A stretch of DNA of 64,000 bases. It comes from Octopus sinensis (Eukaryota). This document shows, piece after piece, positions 13,446 through 24,153 of the stretch (the first letter of the stretch is position 1; each line of letters opens with the position of its first letter). The notes under the pieces were generated by a model, which ran no database searches, was not told the origin of the DNA, and saw only the letters and a program-made list of their open reading frames with translations. The stretch covers positions 7,626,001 to 7,690,000 of the forward strand of contig NC_043004.1 in NCBI RefSeq assembly GCF_006345805.1, given 5' to 3'. The position numbers and the translations under genes were made by a program.

Positions 13446-14456
13446 CATCCAGGAGGCATTACTATTTCTAATTCGATATATTGTGTTCAATTTGGAGTCG
13501 CCATTAAATACTTCCCTACAGAGTTAACAGTACCAATAATATACTGAATTCCACCTCTCTAGTCTGATGTAAAAGGTTTAATTGCTCTGATTATAATTAT
13601 TGTTAGTTATAATTAATTCTGATGAGGAGACCTGATAAATTATCAAACCTTTCTAGGTCTCAAGGTGAGTACTAAATACGACTCGAATGCTAACACCGAA
13701 CCATCAGCTCACACTAACAGTTTCTAGTCTACTAATTAGACACCAAGGCTGGTTGAATGACCCGAAATAACTATGAAACTTCTCAGCGAAACACTGAGAT
13801 AATTTCGAATTTTACAGAGAGAAAACATTTGACTACAAAGTGAAAAAAAAAACTATTTTTAAAATGGGAAAAGAAAAAAAAAACATTAAACTGAGAAATT
13901 TAAAGAGGTGCGCAATCACACTGTAAATTGGATATAAAGAATATTTGGGTAGAAAAGTAAAAAAAACAAATTCAAGTTTACAAAAATTATGACCAGAAAT
14001 CACCCGCAAATTTGGAGAGAGAAAAAAACCCCTTTCAGGCCGAAAAATAAAATAAAATAAATGTGTTCTAAAATAATCAGTTTATTCAAATATTACAGGT
14101 TTAATAGTTATTTCGGGTCATTCAACCAGCCTTAGTGTCTAATTAGTAGACTAGAAACTTATTTGAGCTGATTGCTTGGTGTAGGACTCGAAGTGGTATT
14201 AGTACTCACCTTGAGACCTGGAAGGGTTTAATAATTTATCAGGTCTCATTATCAAAATTGGTAAAATTAAAATAATTAAAACAATATGACACAGAACAAT
14301 TAAACCTTTTACATTTAAACGATTTTCCTCTTCAGACTAGAGCAGAGGTGGAATTCATTATATTACTGGTACTGTTAACTCCGTAGGAAATAATTTAATG
14401 GCGACTCCAAATTCAACACGATATATCAAACTGGAAATAATAATTCTTGCTGGATG
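13446..14456. repeat. Inverted duplication in MED26 intron 1 (arms ~13446-13780 and ~14097-14456)
   Basis: The arms align as reverse complements over ~340 bp with long identical blocks (e.g. ctagtctactaattagacac, aggctggttgaatgacccgaaataactat, aggtctcaaggtgagtactaa). No TSD seen. Confidence 0.9.
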
Positions 14457-15985
14457 GCAATAAAACAAAATGCATTTATTGCAAGAAACAACAATAGTAG
14501 CAAGCAAGCCACGGTAGGTTTTCACGTTATCGCCATAGTATTCAATAAATAACTCGAATAGCCATTGTATTCTGACATATAGACACACACACATTTTATA
14601 TATATATTTTACAGACACACAGTTTCACCCGAAGTTAGAATAATTACGATAGAGTAAATTAATCTGAAGAAATTACTTAAAACGGGAAGGGGGAATACAA
14701 ATAGATGTTAAAAAGTTGTTGGAAACTGCTTCTGAAGATATTTTCGCTCAAAAGGTCAAACAGCACATATTAACAGGTTTTTTTTTTTATTTTTATAATT
14801 TTAAAATCAATTTGTTCTTATTTTAATTAGTCCTAAGAATGGCTACAAGCTTGACATGAAATCAATGGACAGCCATATCTCAAGGCATGTTTTACTTATT
14901 GATAAACTTATAAACGTTCAGAAAATATTACTAATATAAGATCTATTACAGAAAAATTATATATTAATATTTCATTGTGATAGATCCTTAAAACAAAAAA
15001 GGGATACCAAAAAACAAACGTCACGTACAAAGACTACAAATATAAACTGTATGCTTTGAGGATGAATGATGGAGTTGATGCTGCTAATAGAAATCGAGAA
15101 GTTTATTCCCTTCAAACTTATAAACAGCTGACTCATTAAGATTCTTCTTGAAGACAAGGCGAACACAAACTTGTGTGATAATAGTAGAGCATCATATTTC
15201 CATCCGAATGGATAGGATCAATGAGGAAGGTAGTTATCCGACTTCAAGTAGCCCCCAAAGAGGTATGAACATATACGGCATGAAGAGAATGGATGAGACA
15301 CCGACTTACGAACAGATTATGCCAACAGACTTAAAAAAGAACAAAAGATTACCGGTAATACTGAGGTGTGTGTGTGTGAAGCATGCAATACGACTACTAG
15401 AAGCGAAGTGGGGGGGATGAGGAGGAGAAAGTGGGAAGCCCATAACTTGTCCATATGTGTGAGTGAGCCTCACTGCGTGTATGTGAACTCCCAAGGAAAA
15501 CTTATCAGCTGATTTACACACAAGTTGCCGAGTGGTCGTCGTTCAATTTTGTGCTGATGATGGTGCTTTGTTTAAGTTATTGCAGAAAATATTGCCTACG
15601 TGAAAAAAAAAAAAAAAAACGTGGCAAAAGAAATAAAATGCAGGGGGGGGGGCAAAAAATAAAATTAAAAAAATCAAATTTCACATTTCTAATTTGATGT
15701 CAATGAGGTGTTAAAATGGAAGAGAAATATGCTGATAAACTGCTGTGTTTATAGAGCATTTTCCCCTTTAGATAGCTTGGTGGTGAGGTTATATATTAAG
15801 AGAGAAGAATTAATTTCACACACGCAGTAAAAGCGTAATAATAATTTTTGGTCTTTTTTTTAAAACTAACAAGCGTTCACATATGTAAGATACAAATGTC
15901 TTATCTTTCTCTTCTACATTACAAAAAAAATCCACTCTTCAACTATTACAAACATTAATAAAAGAAATAAACTGAAAAGGGAGTC

Positions 15986-16017
<32 letters not shown>

Positions 16018-17932
16018 GGTGTAAATATTCACCTAATAATACAACGAAAGCAAAATTTAACATTCAAATAATAGCCTTCCATTACATTCTAAGTTGTCTA
16101 ATTCGTTGATATCACCTTCCTATTTTATTTTTGTAAAAGACGAAATCAATTTAGCAGTTCTGAAGGATATGCGAATATGCTAGAGATAAATGTTAAAAGT
16201 CCATCAAGAGCTGTGTCTAAATATGCTTAGAGTTAATTTATAATATAAAAATGGTGTATGCGGGCAGTAGAAGCGTGTGAGGTGAATAAAAGCATTGTAC
16301 TACAACAGCTAGAGGGAAAAATTTGTCTTGGCTCGACCATTAACAACGTGTAATACTAACATCAACCACACACATACATCTATATACACACCACCACACG
16401 TCTATATAAATGTAAGTCTAAGGACACTCAAACTCACTGCTTGTCTCTGGCACTCACTCACTCACTATCTGTCTATCTTTCTCTCTCTCTCTTGCACACA
16501 CACACATCACTGGTTATAAGGAAGTAGCAAGAGAGTGAGAGGAACAGTGTGAGTGTGTGTGTTCGCTGCATCAGTCCTGCTGGCGATAGTTTAATGTAGC
16601 ACAACACATAAATATATATATACACACACACATAACATATTAAACCATGGCACACACAACAACCGTCTACCAGCATTGAATAATAAAACACCTCGCTTAA
16701 TTTAATTACAAATAAAAAGACAAAAACAAAAGCTTTACATTTTTTTTTCTTTCGAATTATAAAATCAAGACCGAGAAATAATAATAATTAAAACAACAGC
16801 CCTAAGTAAATATGAAATGTTGAATTTTGCTGCTTCGTAGATTAAAGCAAGACGCAAGGAGACATGGCTCCAAAGTCAGGGATCAGCTCCATGTATTTCT
16901 TAAACGTTACAATAAATGTAGACACCTTTTTTTTTGCACTTTATCTCTTCTGTTAATTTGTAATTAAAACAATATTTCCATCCTAATTACATGTACAAGC
17001 TCGTCATTATTATATTGCCACCACAGCTCGCTACAATATATAAACGATACATACTCGTTATTTTGCTAATTCACCCTCACACACACACACACACATGTAA
17101 ATGCTTATTATATTAATGAGATCTTATAATAATCAGCAATTCAAATATGAAACCCGAAGCTAAGAAGAAGAACTAGGGATGGAAAGAATTAACAAAAAAA
17201 TAAGTCAACAATTTCATTTCAACAGGAACATACAGGAAAAAAAAATACCCCTAACATTAAATATTTTGCAGATTGCAGATTATTAACTTCCGACAACTGA
17301 ATAAGAATTTCAACTATTATTTTTAAACTTAATATTGTTAGATTATTATAACAAAATATCTGATTGTTTTTGCCCCGACTTCTAAACATGAGAAAATAAA
17401 GTTTAAAGACGAATAATAAATACACAACCTGCATCAGAAATAGACATTGTTATATTATGGACATGTATGTATATATACGCATGTACGTCTATATATATGT
17501 TATGTGCATGTATTTATTATATATACACAGTGGTTCGAGTGAACCGTTAAGCTCTAGCTTTTGTACCTTTCCAAAAAGATTTTACAGCAGAGAAGAGGAA
17601 GGAAGAAAAAATAAACAGAAATATGGAGGGGGATAAAAAGCTGGTTCGGCTTCTTTCTCTTTTATGGACAAAAATGAATAAATTATGGGCAGAAAAGAAT
17701 AATAAATGATCCACATCCGTGTAGTAGAATGGTTATGTTTGACGACTAAGCTAATTGTGGAACCCAGGTAGAAATAAAAACCGAGAAATCGTGAAGCTTT
17801 TCATAATTTTTTTGATTCTCGTCTCTCATCAAATATGTCCTCGCTGCTGAGGAGGGATGGGATTCTCAAAGAGATTCATTTATGGATGGAAAAACGAGGG
17901 GTTTCTTTCCCCGCCAGAAAGGAAATTCTTAC

Positions 17933-17995
17933 ATTGTTGTCTTCGTCAAGAGCCCTTGTAAGCCTCTCTTTTATCTCTATAGGAGAGAACTGCAT
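17933..17995 (-). CDS. MED26: Mediator complex subunit 26, coding exon 1 (MQFSPIEIKERLTRALDEDNN)
   Basis: ATG at 17995-17993; 63 nt = 21 codons; ends at a GTAAGA donor in phase 0. Resembles the recalled MED26 N-terminus (SPQQIRDRLLQAID..N). Too short for the ORF track. Confidence 0.9.
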
Positions 17996-18099
17996 TGGGT
18001 CGATGGAATACTCCTAGGTTACGGCACTTCTGCCAAGCGAGTGACCGAAGTTCAGCCACCAGAATGGCGGTCGACCATACATTGTCAGGTTTTCTAAAC

Positions 18100-18230
18100 C
18101 GCACTGCCATCTGGGAAGCCAGGAGCCTCTACGCTGCCTCTGACGTCATAGAAACAAACAGGCCTTCGCCTGACGTCACACTCGCACGTCTCTCCGGCGC
18201 ACTGTACCAGCCGAGCATGCGCACTCCACA
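18100..18230 (-). promoter_or_regulatory. Likely MED26 proximal promoter
   Basis: GC/CpG-rich island just upstream of exon 1. Two perfect CRE palindromes TGACGTCA (18141-18148, 18171-18178; 30 bp apart) and an NRF1-like GCATGCGC (18215-18222). Confidence 0.6.
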
Positions 18231-18761
18231 CAACCGTCCCGTTGTTTTACAACCGCAATGGACGGCTTCTAGGAGAGCAGCAGATTTCACATTTTATAAA
18301 TATCTTTCTATTTCGCTTATTTAGTTTATTAGAAAGGATCCAATTAATAAAATTACACCTGCAGTAGAAAGATTAAATGTTATTTAACTAGTGAGGGCAA
18401 TTTGTAAAGCTTATAAAATATTTTAAAACAGAAATTTGTAATTCCTACTAAATGTACTAAGTGTACAACTTCAATGAGAGATGAGGATATTGCATTTATT
18501 CCTTTTCTTTCTTTAAAAAAAAAAAAAGTTCTAGTCTAAGGATAAATTAATAGTTATATAAATTATTTCTATATAATTTTTTTTAAATGAAACTCATAAC
18601 ATTTTTGTTTGTCTAGTAATGTCCCTTTCTGTATAAGATCATTTTGATCATAATAAAGATTCCATTTATAAATAGGTTTCTATTTCGTTTAATTTATAAG
18701 AAAGGATCCAATTAATAAAATTACACCTGCAGTAGAAAGATTGCTATTTAACTAGTGAGGG

Positions 18762-18978
18762 GGTAAAACTTGAGAACAGTGGTCTCGGTGCGCGCATCCG
18801 CCCTAGCTAGTCATGACTAGTCGATCCTTACTTAGTGTTTTTGTGTTATTTACTTTGCTTAAAAAATTATTTACTTCAACAAAATTTATTTTGTGTTTTA
18901 TTTACTTTGCTAGGTATTCGTAGGATCGACTAGCTGGCGCGAATGCGCGCACTGGGACCACTGTTCTCGAGTGGTACC
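18762..18978. mobile_element. 217-bp MITE with GG...CC termini, ~45-bp TIRs and 9-bp TSD (Merlin- or Mutator-like)
   Basis: TSD tagtgaggg at 18753-18761 and 18979-18987. The paralogous unit near 18390 shows the empty site with one copy. TIR: GGTAAAACTTGAGAACAGTGGTC versus GGTACCACTCGAGAACAGTGGTC. Confidence 0.85.
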
Positions 18979-19054
18979 TAGTGAGGGCAATTTATAAAGC
19001 TTATAAAATATCTTAAAACAGAAATTTGTAATTTCTACTAAATGCTTTAGTGTG

Positions 19055-19690
19055 CAGGGTTATTCAAAAAGAATGAACCGATTTCATTACGCAATATTTT
19101 AATAAGGAAAAGCAATAGAAAACTCCAGCTAAATCACAAGTATTTACTCAATCAACTTTTATTTCCTGTCTTACAAGTGTTCAATGTGGCCACCACCTGT
19201 GTAGCACGGGCAACATCAATGCAATAGGAGAGTTTCTCCCAGACAGGTATTATCACAATCAACTGAGTTGATCGCTGTTGTTATTCGATGGATAAAGTCA
19301 AGGTTAGTGGGCAGCGGTGGAACATAAACCCACAAGAAAAAAAAATCACATACGGTGAGGTTTGGGGATCTCGCAGACCAAGCACAAAGAGCAAACTCTT
19401 GGGCCCCTTTCCGGCCAATCCATCGCTGGCGCACTTTTTCATTTAAAAGTCATGCGAATCTGCTTGCAATGAAGCGAAGAGAGAGTTTTGGAGCATATCG
19501 AGATAGGTTTGTCCTGTGATGGTGTATTCTTCAAAGAAAAAGGGACCATAAACCTGGTCCTGAGACACAGCACAGAAGACGTTCACTTTAGGAGAATCGC
19601 TTTCATGCTCAACTGTTTCATGTGGGTGCTCTGTACCCCCAAAAACGCACACTGTGCCGCTCAAGTGAAAAGTCACTTCATCACTAAAAA
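19055..19690 (-). mobile_element. Degenerate Tc1/mariner transposase fragment plus terminal repeat
   Basis: Translates to FSDEVTFHLSG, GPFFFEE.TITGQTYLDML and WSARSPNLTVCDFFFLW; the second-Asp region is deleted. The end CAGGGTTATTCAAAAAGAATG lies at a site that reads gtgTAca in the paralogous repeat. Confidence 0.85.
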
Positions 19691-22456
19691 TAGTTGAAAG
19701 ATTAAATGTTATTTAACTAATTATTACTAATGAGGGCAATTTGAAAAGCATTAGAATTTATAAAGCTTATAAAATATTTCACTTTTAAAATTTGTAATTT
19801 CTACCAAAGGCATTTAGTACATTTATAATAGGAGAGAGGAAGTTAAAACATTTCCCCCACTGAATGAGGGCATCAACGGCATTTATGTAAATATTCAGTT
19901 GCCGTTAATGTTTTTGATTAATAGCAGAAACTATGATAGCTATCTAGCAGTAAAATGAAATTAATTGTATCAATATAATAAATATAGCGTCTTAGAAAGT
20001 AACTTTTTACGATAAATTGGTTGTTACCACAAAATAGCAATATGGTGAAACTATGATTGTGATTACTTTGTAAAATGACGAAGATTGCGACATGGCTATA
20101 AACAAATAACCACAAGAAGAAATTTTCTTAAAGAACTTGGAAATGGCTATCTTTCGTATATCTCATTTCTTTTTGAATGAGATCAATGCTAATTTGTTTT
20201 GTTTTTTTTTACTGAAAAGTGGGATTCGAAACCGGAACGATGTCCTATCAAACTAAAAGCATTTCGCCCAAGTATCTGGCCATCTCCACGCCCTAGTTTT
20301 TTTCATAGTGTAAAGGTGAAACGAGAATGATGTTACCGACTGGGTCGGGAAAGTTTGGTTTTTTTTTTTTAATATTTAAGGACGGATTAACGATTTGAAT
20401 AATTGAAAAAACTATCGTACTGAAAATAAACCCCGATAAATATTTGGGAACTACTTTACAAGCAAAATAACTGTCTAACGAGGTCTAATTATTACACACA
20501 CACACACACAGGCATGCCAACAATCTATTAGATATTTACATTTTTTTTTTTATGGACCATAGTAAAAAATATTTTGTCGCTAGAAAGGCATGGGGCACCG
20601 TTAAAACATTACTAGTAAAACAATAATATTAAAATTTATAGAATATTTATAAAATCTTGAGATATGGTGGTTTATATATAATGTATATATACACAATGTG
20701 TGTATATATACATGTATGTTATATATTATGTATGCATATATATTGTGTGTGTATATATATATATATATACACACGTTATGAATATTATGTACATGTGAGT
20801 AACTATACATAATGTGTGTATATCTCTTAATTGGAACAGGTAATTGAGTAAACAAAAACATTAAAAGTAGAAAACAATAAAAATATAAAAACAAAAAAAG
20901 TTGTATATACATAGTTTCCGCTAGGTGTCGTTTGCGCATGAAACTTGGAGACTAGTCAATGTGAACACGAGAGCTCGTCGAAGCACGGGAGGTAACTGTT
21001 GAAGCCCCGCTGAAGCTTGTTTAAACCGTGACCAGTTATTTTCCAATAGAAGCAGCACGGCCGACCATCCAGCTAGCCAGCCGCCTGTTAGACTCTGCCA
21101 ATCGGTGCTCACCGAAAAAGTTCCCTCTGCTTAAATAATCTTGACGCATTATTAGCATCTTAGCTTGAGCAAAATATGTGGTGATGAAAATTATATTATC
21201 ATATTAAGGGCAATTATTATCGAAATGTTTATCTAATTATAGGGTGGAAAAAGTAAATTTTAATAATTTATTAAGCTACTTAACTGATGCGTCATTTTAT
21301 TGAGCATATTATTTAATTAGTACGTGTTTAAAATTAATCTGGGTTAGGGAGTTATGTTGACTGAGTTTAAAGATTAATTTGAAGATTTTATACAGACTTT
21401 AGTTGCATTAATAAACTTTCATTGATAGTAAACGCTGATATTTATGTCGACCTATTACAATTATGACAATATGAATAATATTTAAGTTGGATTATACTAA
21501 AATTGAAGATTATTTTATTTTCGTTATTTTCCAGTCCGCTACATAAAAAAAAAATTATAATTTTAATCGAAAGTTTGTTCAATACAAATAGCTAAAGGCT
21601 CCAGAGAAAATCCAAGCTTATATATATATATTATATATGTTGAAAACTTAAATATATTAAGCCATAATGATCAAACAACAAAAACATTCGTGAGCGGTGG
21701 AGTGCTTCACCTGGAACGAATAGTCAGCTCAAATCAAAATTAATTGACTTATGTAATATTCACTTAAAGAGGAATATTTAATGATTTTGTTGTGGGATCT
21801 TACTTATAGAGATAAATTCCTCTGTGTTACAACCGTTCAGTTATACAGTGGGTACCCGTCAATACTGGGTTGGGCTTTAATTAAATCGACCAAAATCTCG
21901 AACTTGTTCCTATTTTAGGAACCATTATTTGCACACCCACCTTGCGTCCTGTAAACCCTTTTGTGACACGTCTGTATGAAAAGGGCCCTGGTGGTATTAA
22001 TGAACATATCATAATCATTATTGATATTTCTTGTATATAACTAAAGTAGTAATTTAAAAAATGTTAATTTCCTTACAATTTAGTAGATACATTCATTTAT
22101 AACCAACACCTTATATAACAGGCAATTTAGTGTATTTTATACTATTCCCTCTCTCTCCCTATATATATATTTATATAATATTATCTTCAATAATATATAT
22201 ATTATTGTGACTGGGAAGAGTCATTTTGTTTTAATGCCTTATTAACACACTCACCGGTTCAATTTCCACATTTACTTATTTTCTCGAAAAAAATTTTCTA
22301 AAGTTTTCGATGCGTCTTGCAAGCTCTTCAATGTGTATATATGTATATATATAAACACACACACATATATAGATATACACATACATATTTCTCTTACTGC
22401 ATATATATATATATATATATATTATCTGGTGTGTACAGTATTATATATCCATGAGG

Positions 22457-22534
22457 GCCGATCTAGCGGTTTCGTGCTGGGGGTACAACGGAGAGTCAGG
22501 TACCCCTAGCACGAAACCGATTGACAAGATCGGC
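22457..22534 (+). other. GC-rich hairpin (20-bp stem, 13-nt loop, plus 8-bp basal stem)
   Basis: 22467-22486 pairs with 22500-22519 (19 Watson-Crick pairs + 1 G-U on the + strand); 22457-22464 pairs with 22527-22534. Confidence 0.7.
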
Positions 22535-22716
22535 TGTGATGCATATATAATTCTATACACTTCGGATAATACACCCGCTCTATTGATATACGAGTGCATC
22601 TTTTTCCTGACTTATATATTAAAAGTAATTAAGCTAATGTCGGTCATAGAGTGACATTAATATATTACTACTCTGTGCTTTAGAGTGTGGGTCAATGATT
22701 TACGATACATTCACGA

Positions 22717-22749
<33 letters not shown>

Positions 22750-24153
22750 TCTTTTATTTGTTTCAGTCATTTGAAAATGGAGATTGGAAAGTTAATAATT
22801 GTTTATACTATTAACAGCAAATAGTTTGAAGAGAAACATATAAAAACTAAGTTCTCTTGGTTGGATAATCAGACAACCATTGTAGGAAAATCACATTAAT
22901 AACTGAATCTATAATTATTTTACAGGTACTGATTTCATCGACCTGTGACAACGGGTGGTTGATAAAGTTGGTATGACCGAGATTTGAACTCAATAAATCG
23001 GGTTATGTGGCGTTTTGTGATCCTTGCCGTCTTTCTGATATCGTAATGGTGAATAACCAAGTCTATTTTCGACGTTATATTCATAAAAGAAAGCTGTCAG
23101 TGGATCTCTAGAAATTTAAACTAGAAACTTTCTTACTTTCGTGTGTTCATATGAATTTGTGGTTGGTGTAAACCAGGTTTCATATATAATGCGTTTCTTA
23201 CTAGATTTAGTAGTTTTATTATTTATGCATTTATAACAGATTCTACTCAAATAGTTCTGTTATCCATACGTGTACACGATTTCCTAATTACAGTAATTCC
23301 AAGTTAGATAACAATTTTATTAGTCTAATATTTTAAATGATTTTTTGAAAGAATACCTTGCAAATGTGCATTAATGTATACACACAGACGTGTAATAACA
23401 TGCATGAAAGCATGTATACATATGTTTGCTTTGTACATGACTTTCTAAGCAGCCATACGTCTTCTTTTTTTCTTTCCTATCGTTTTAACCCTGAAGAAGA
23501 ACTCTTCGAAACATTCGCTGCTGTACTTCCCACAGCAATTTCAAACTTTTACCGTCACTTTTACCAAACAATACAAGTCTTGCTAACACAGGCCACTAGC
23601 AACCTCCCTTGATGCTGTTTTAGCTGATATTACACGTACATATGTGATTACTTGGTTAAATTCCAAAAAATAAAAAAAAAGCTTTGTTTCAAGGTTGCAA
23701 CCCGGCTGTTTATCTACTGGAAAAATTTGAAGAATAAAAACAAAATTAAAGAGTAAGATGCTTCTCCGTCGGTTTCAAAGATAAAGTGTTTCAGTTATTC
23801 GATCAACAAAACCACTTATAATATGGCTGACTATCCCACAACCATTTGTATCCTTTATATCCCCAAACAGAATCAGTGTGACGAGGCTGGTTCTTTCAGA
23901 TATAGGTTTAGTCCATCTGATGGACTTCTATCAGTTTCTGTCGGCCCAATTTCACTCGGAAGACATGAGTCGATTCGAGGTGATGGTAGAAACTCTTGCC
24001 CAAGACATGTGAAACGCTACGCAGAGGAACCAAACTTGGAATCTCCTGGAATTTCTTAACTACTCGGTCATGCTTGCAGCCTATTCACACTCGTGCATAC
24101 ATACCTATAAATATATATACACACACACAGACATCAAAGCGCAACAATCTAGG

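Larger units (their letters stand above)
18305..19822. repeat. Local degenerate triplication of a ~170-bp AT-rich unit (~18305-18480, ~18676-19054 interrupted, ~19695-19822 partial)
   Basis: Shared blocks: agaaaggatccaattaataaaattacacctgcagtagaaagatt, tagtgagggcaattt and aaagcttataaaatat. Confidence 0.8.

Noticed and set aside
13490-13510. TGGCGACTC as a retroviral-type primer-binding site
   Set aside because: Only ~9 nt of possible tRNA complementarity, no TG...CA LTR upstream and no gag/pol sequence downstream.
23358-23612. 84-aa plus-strand ORF with a protein-like second half
   Set aside because: No homology recognised, no donor linking it to other exons, and the opposite-strand frames are also short.
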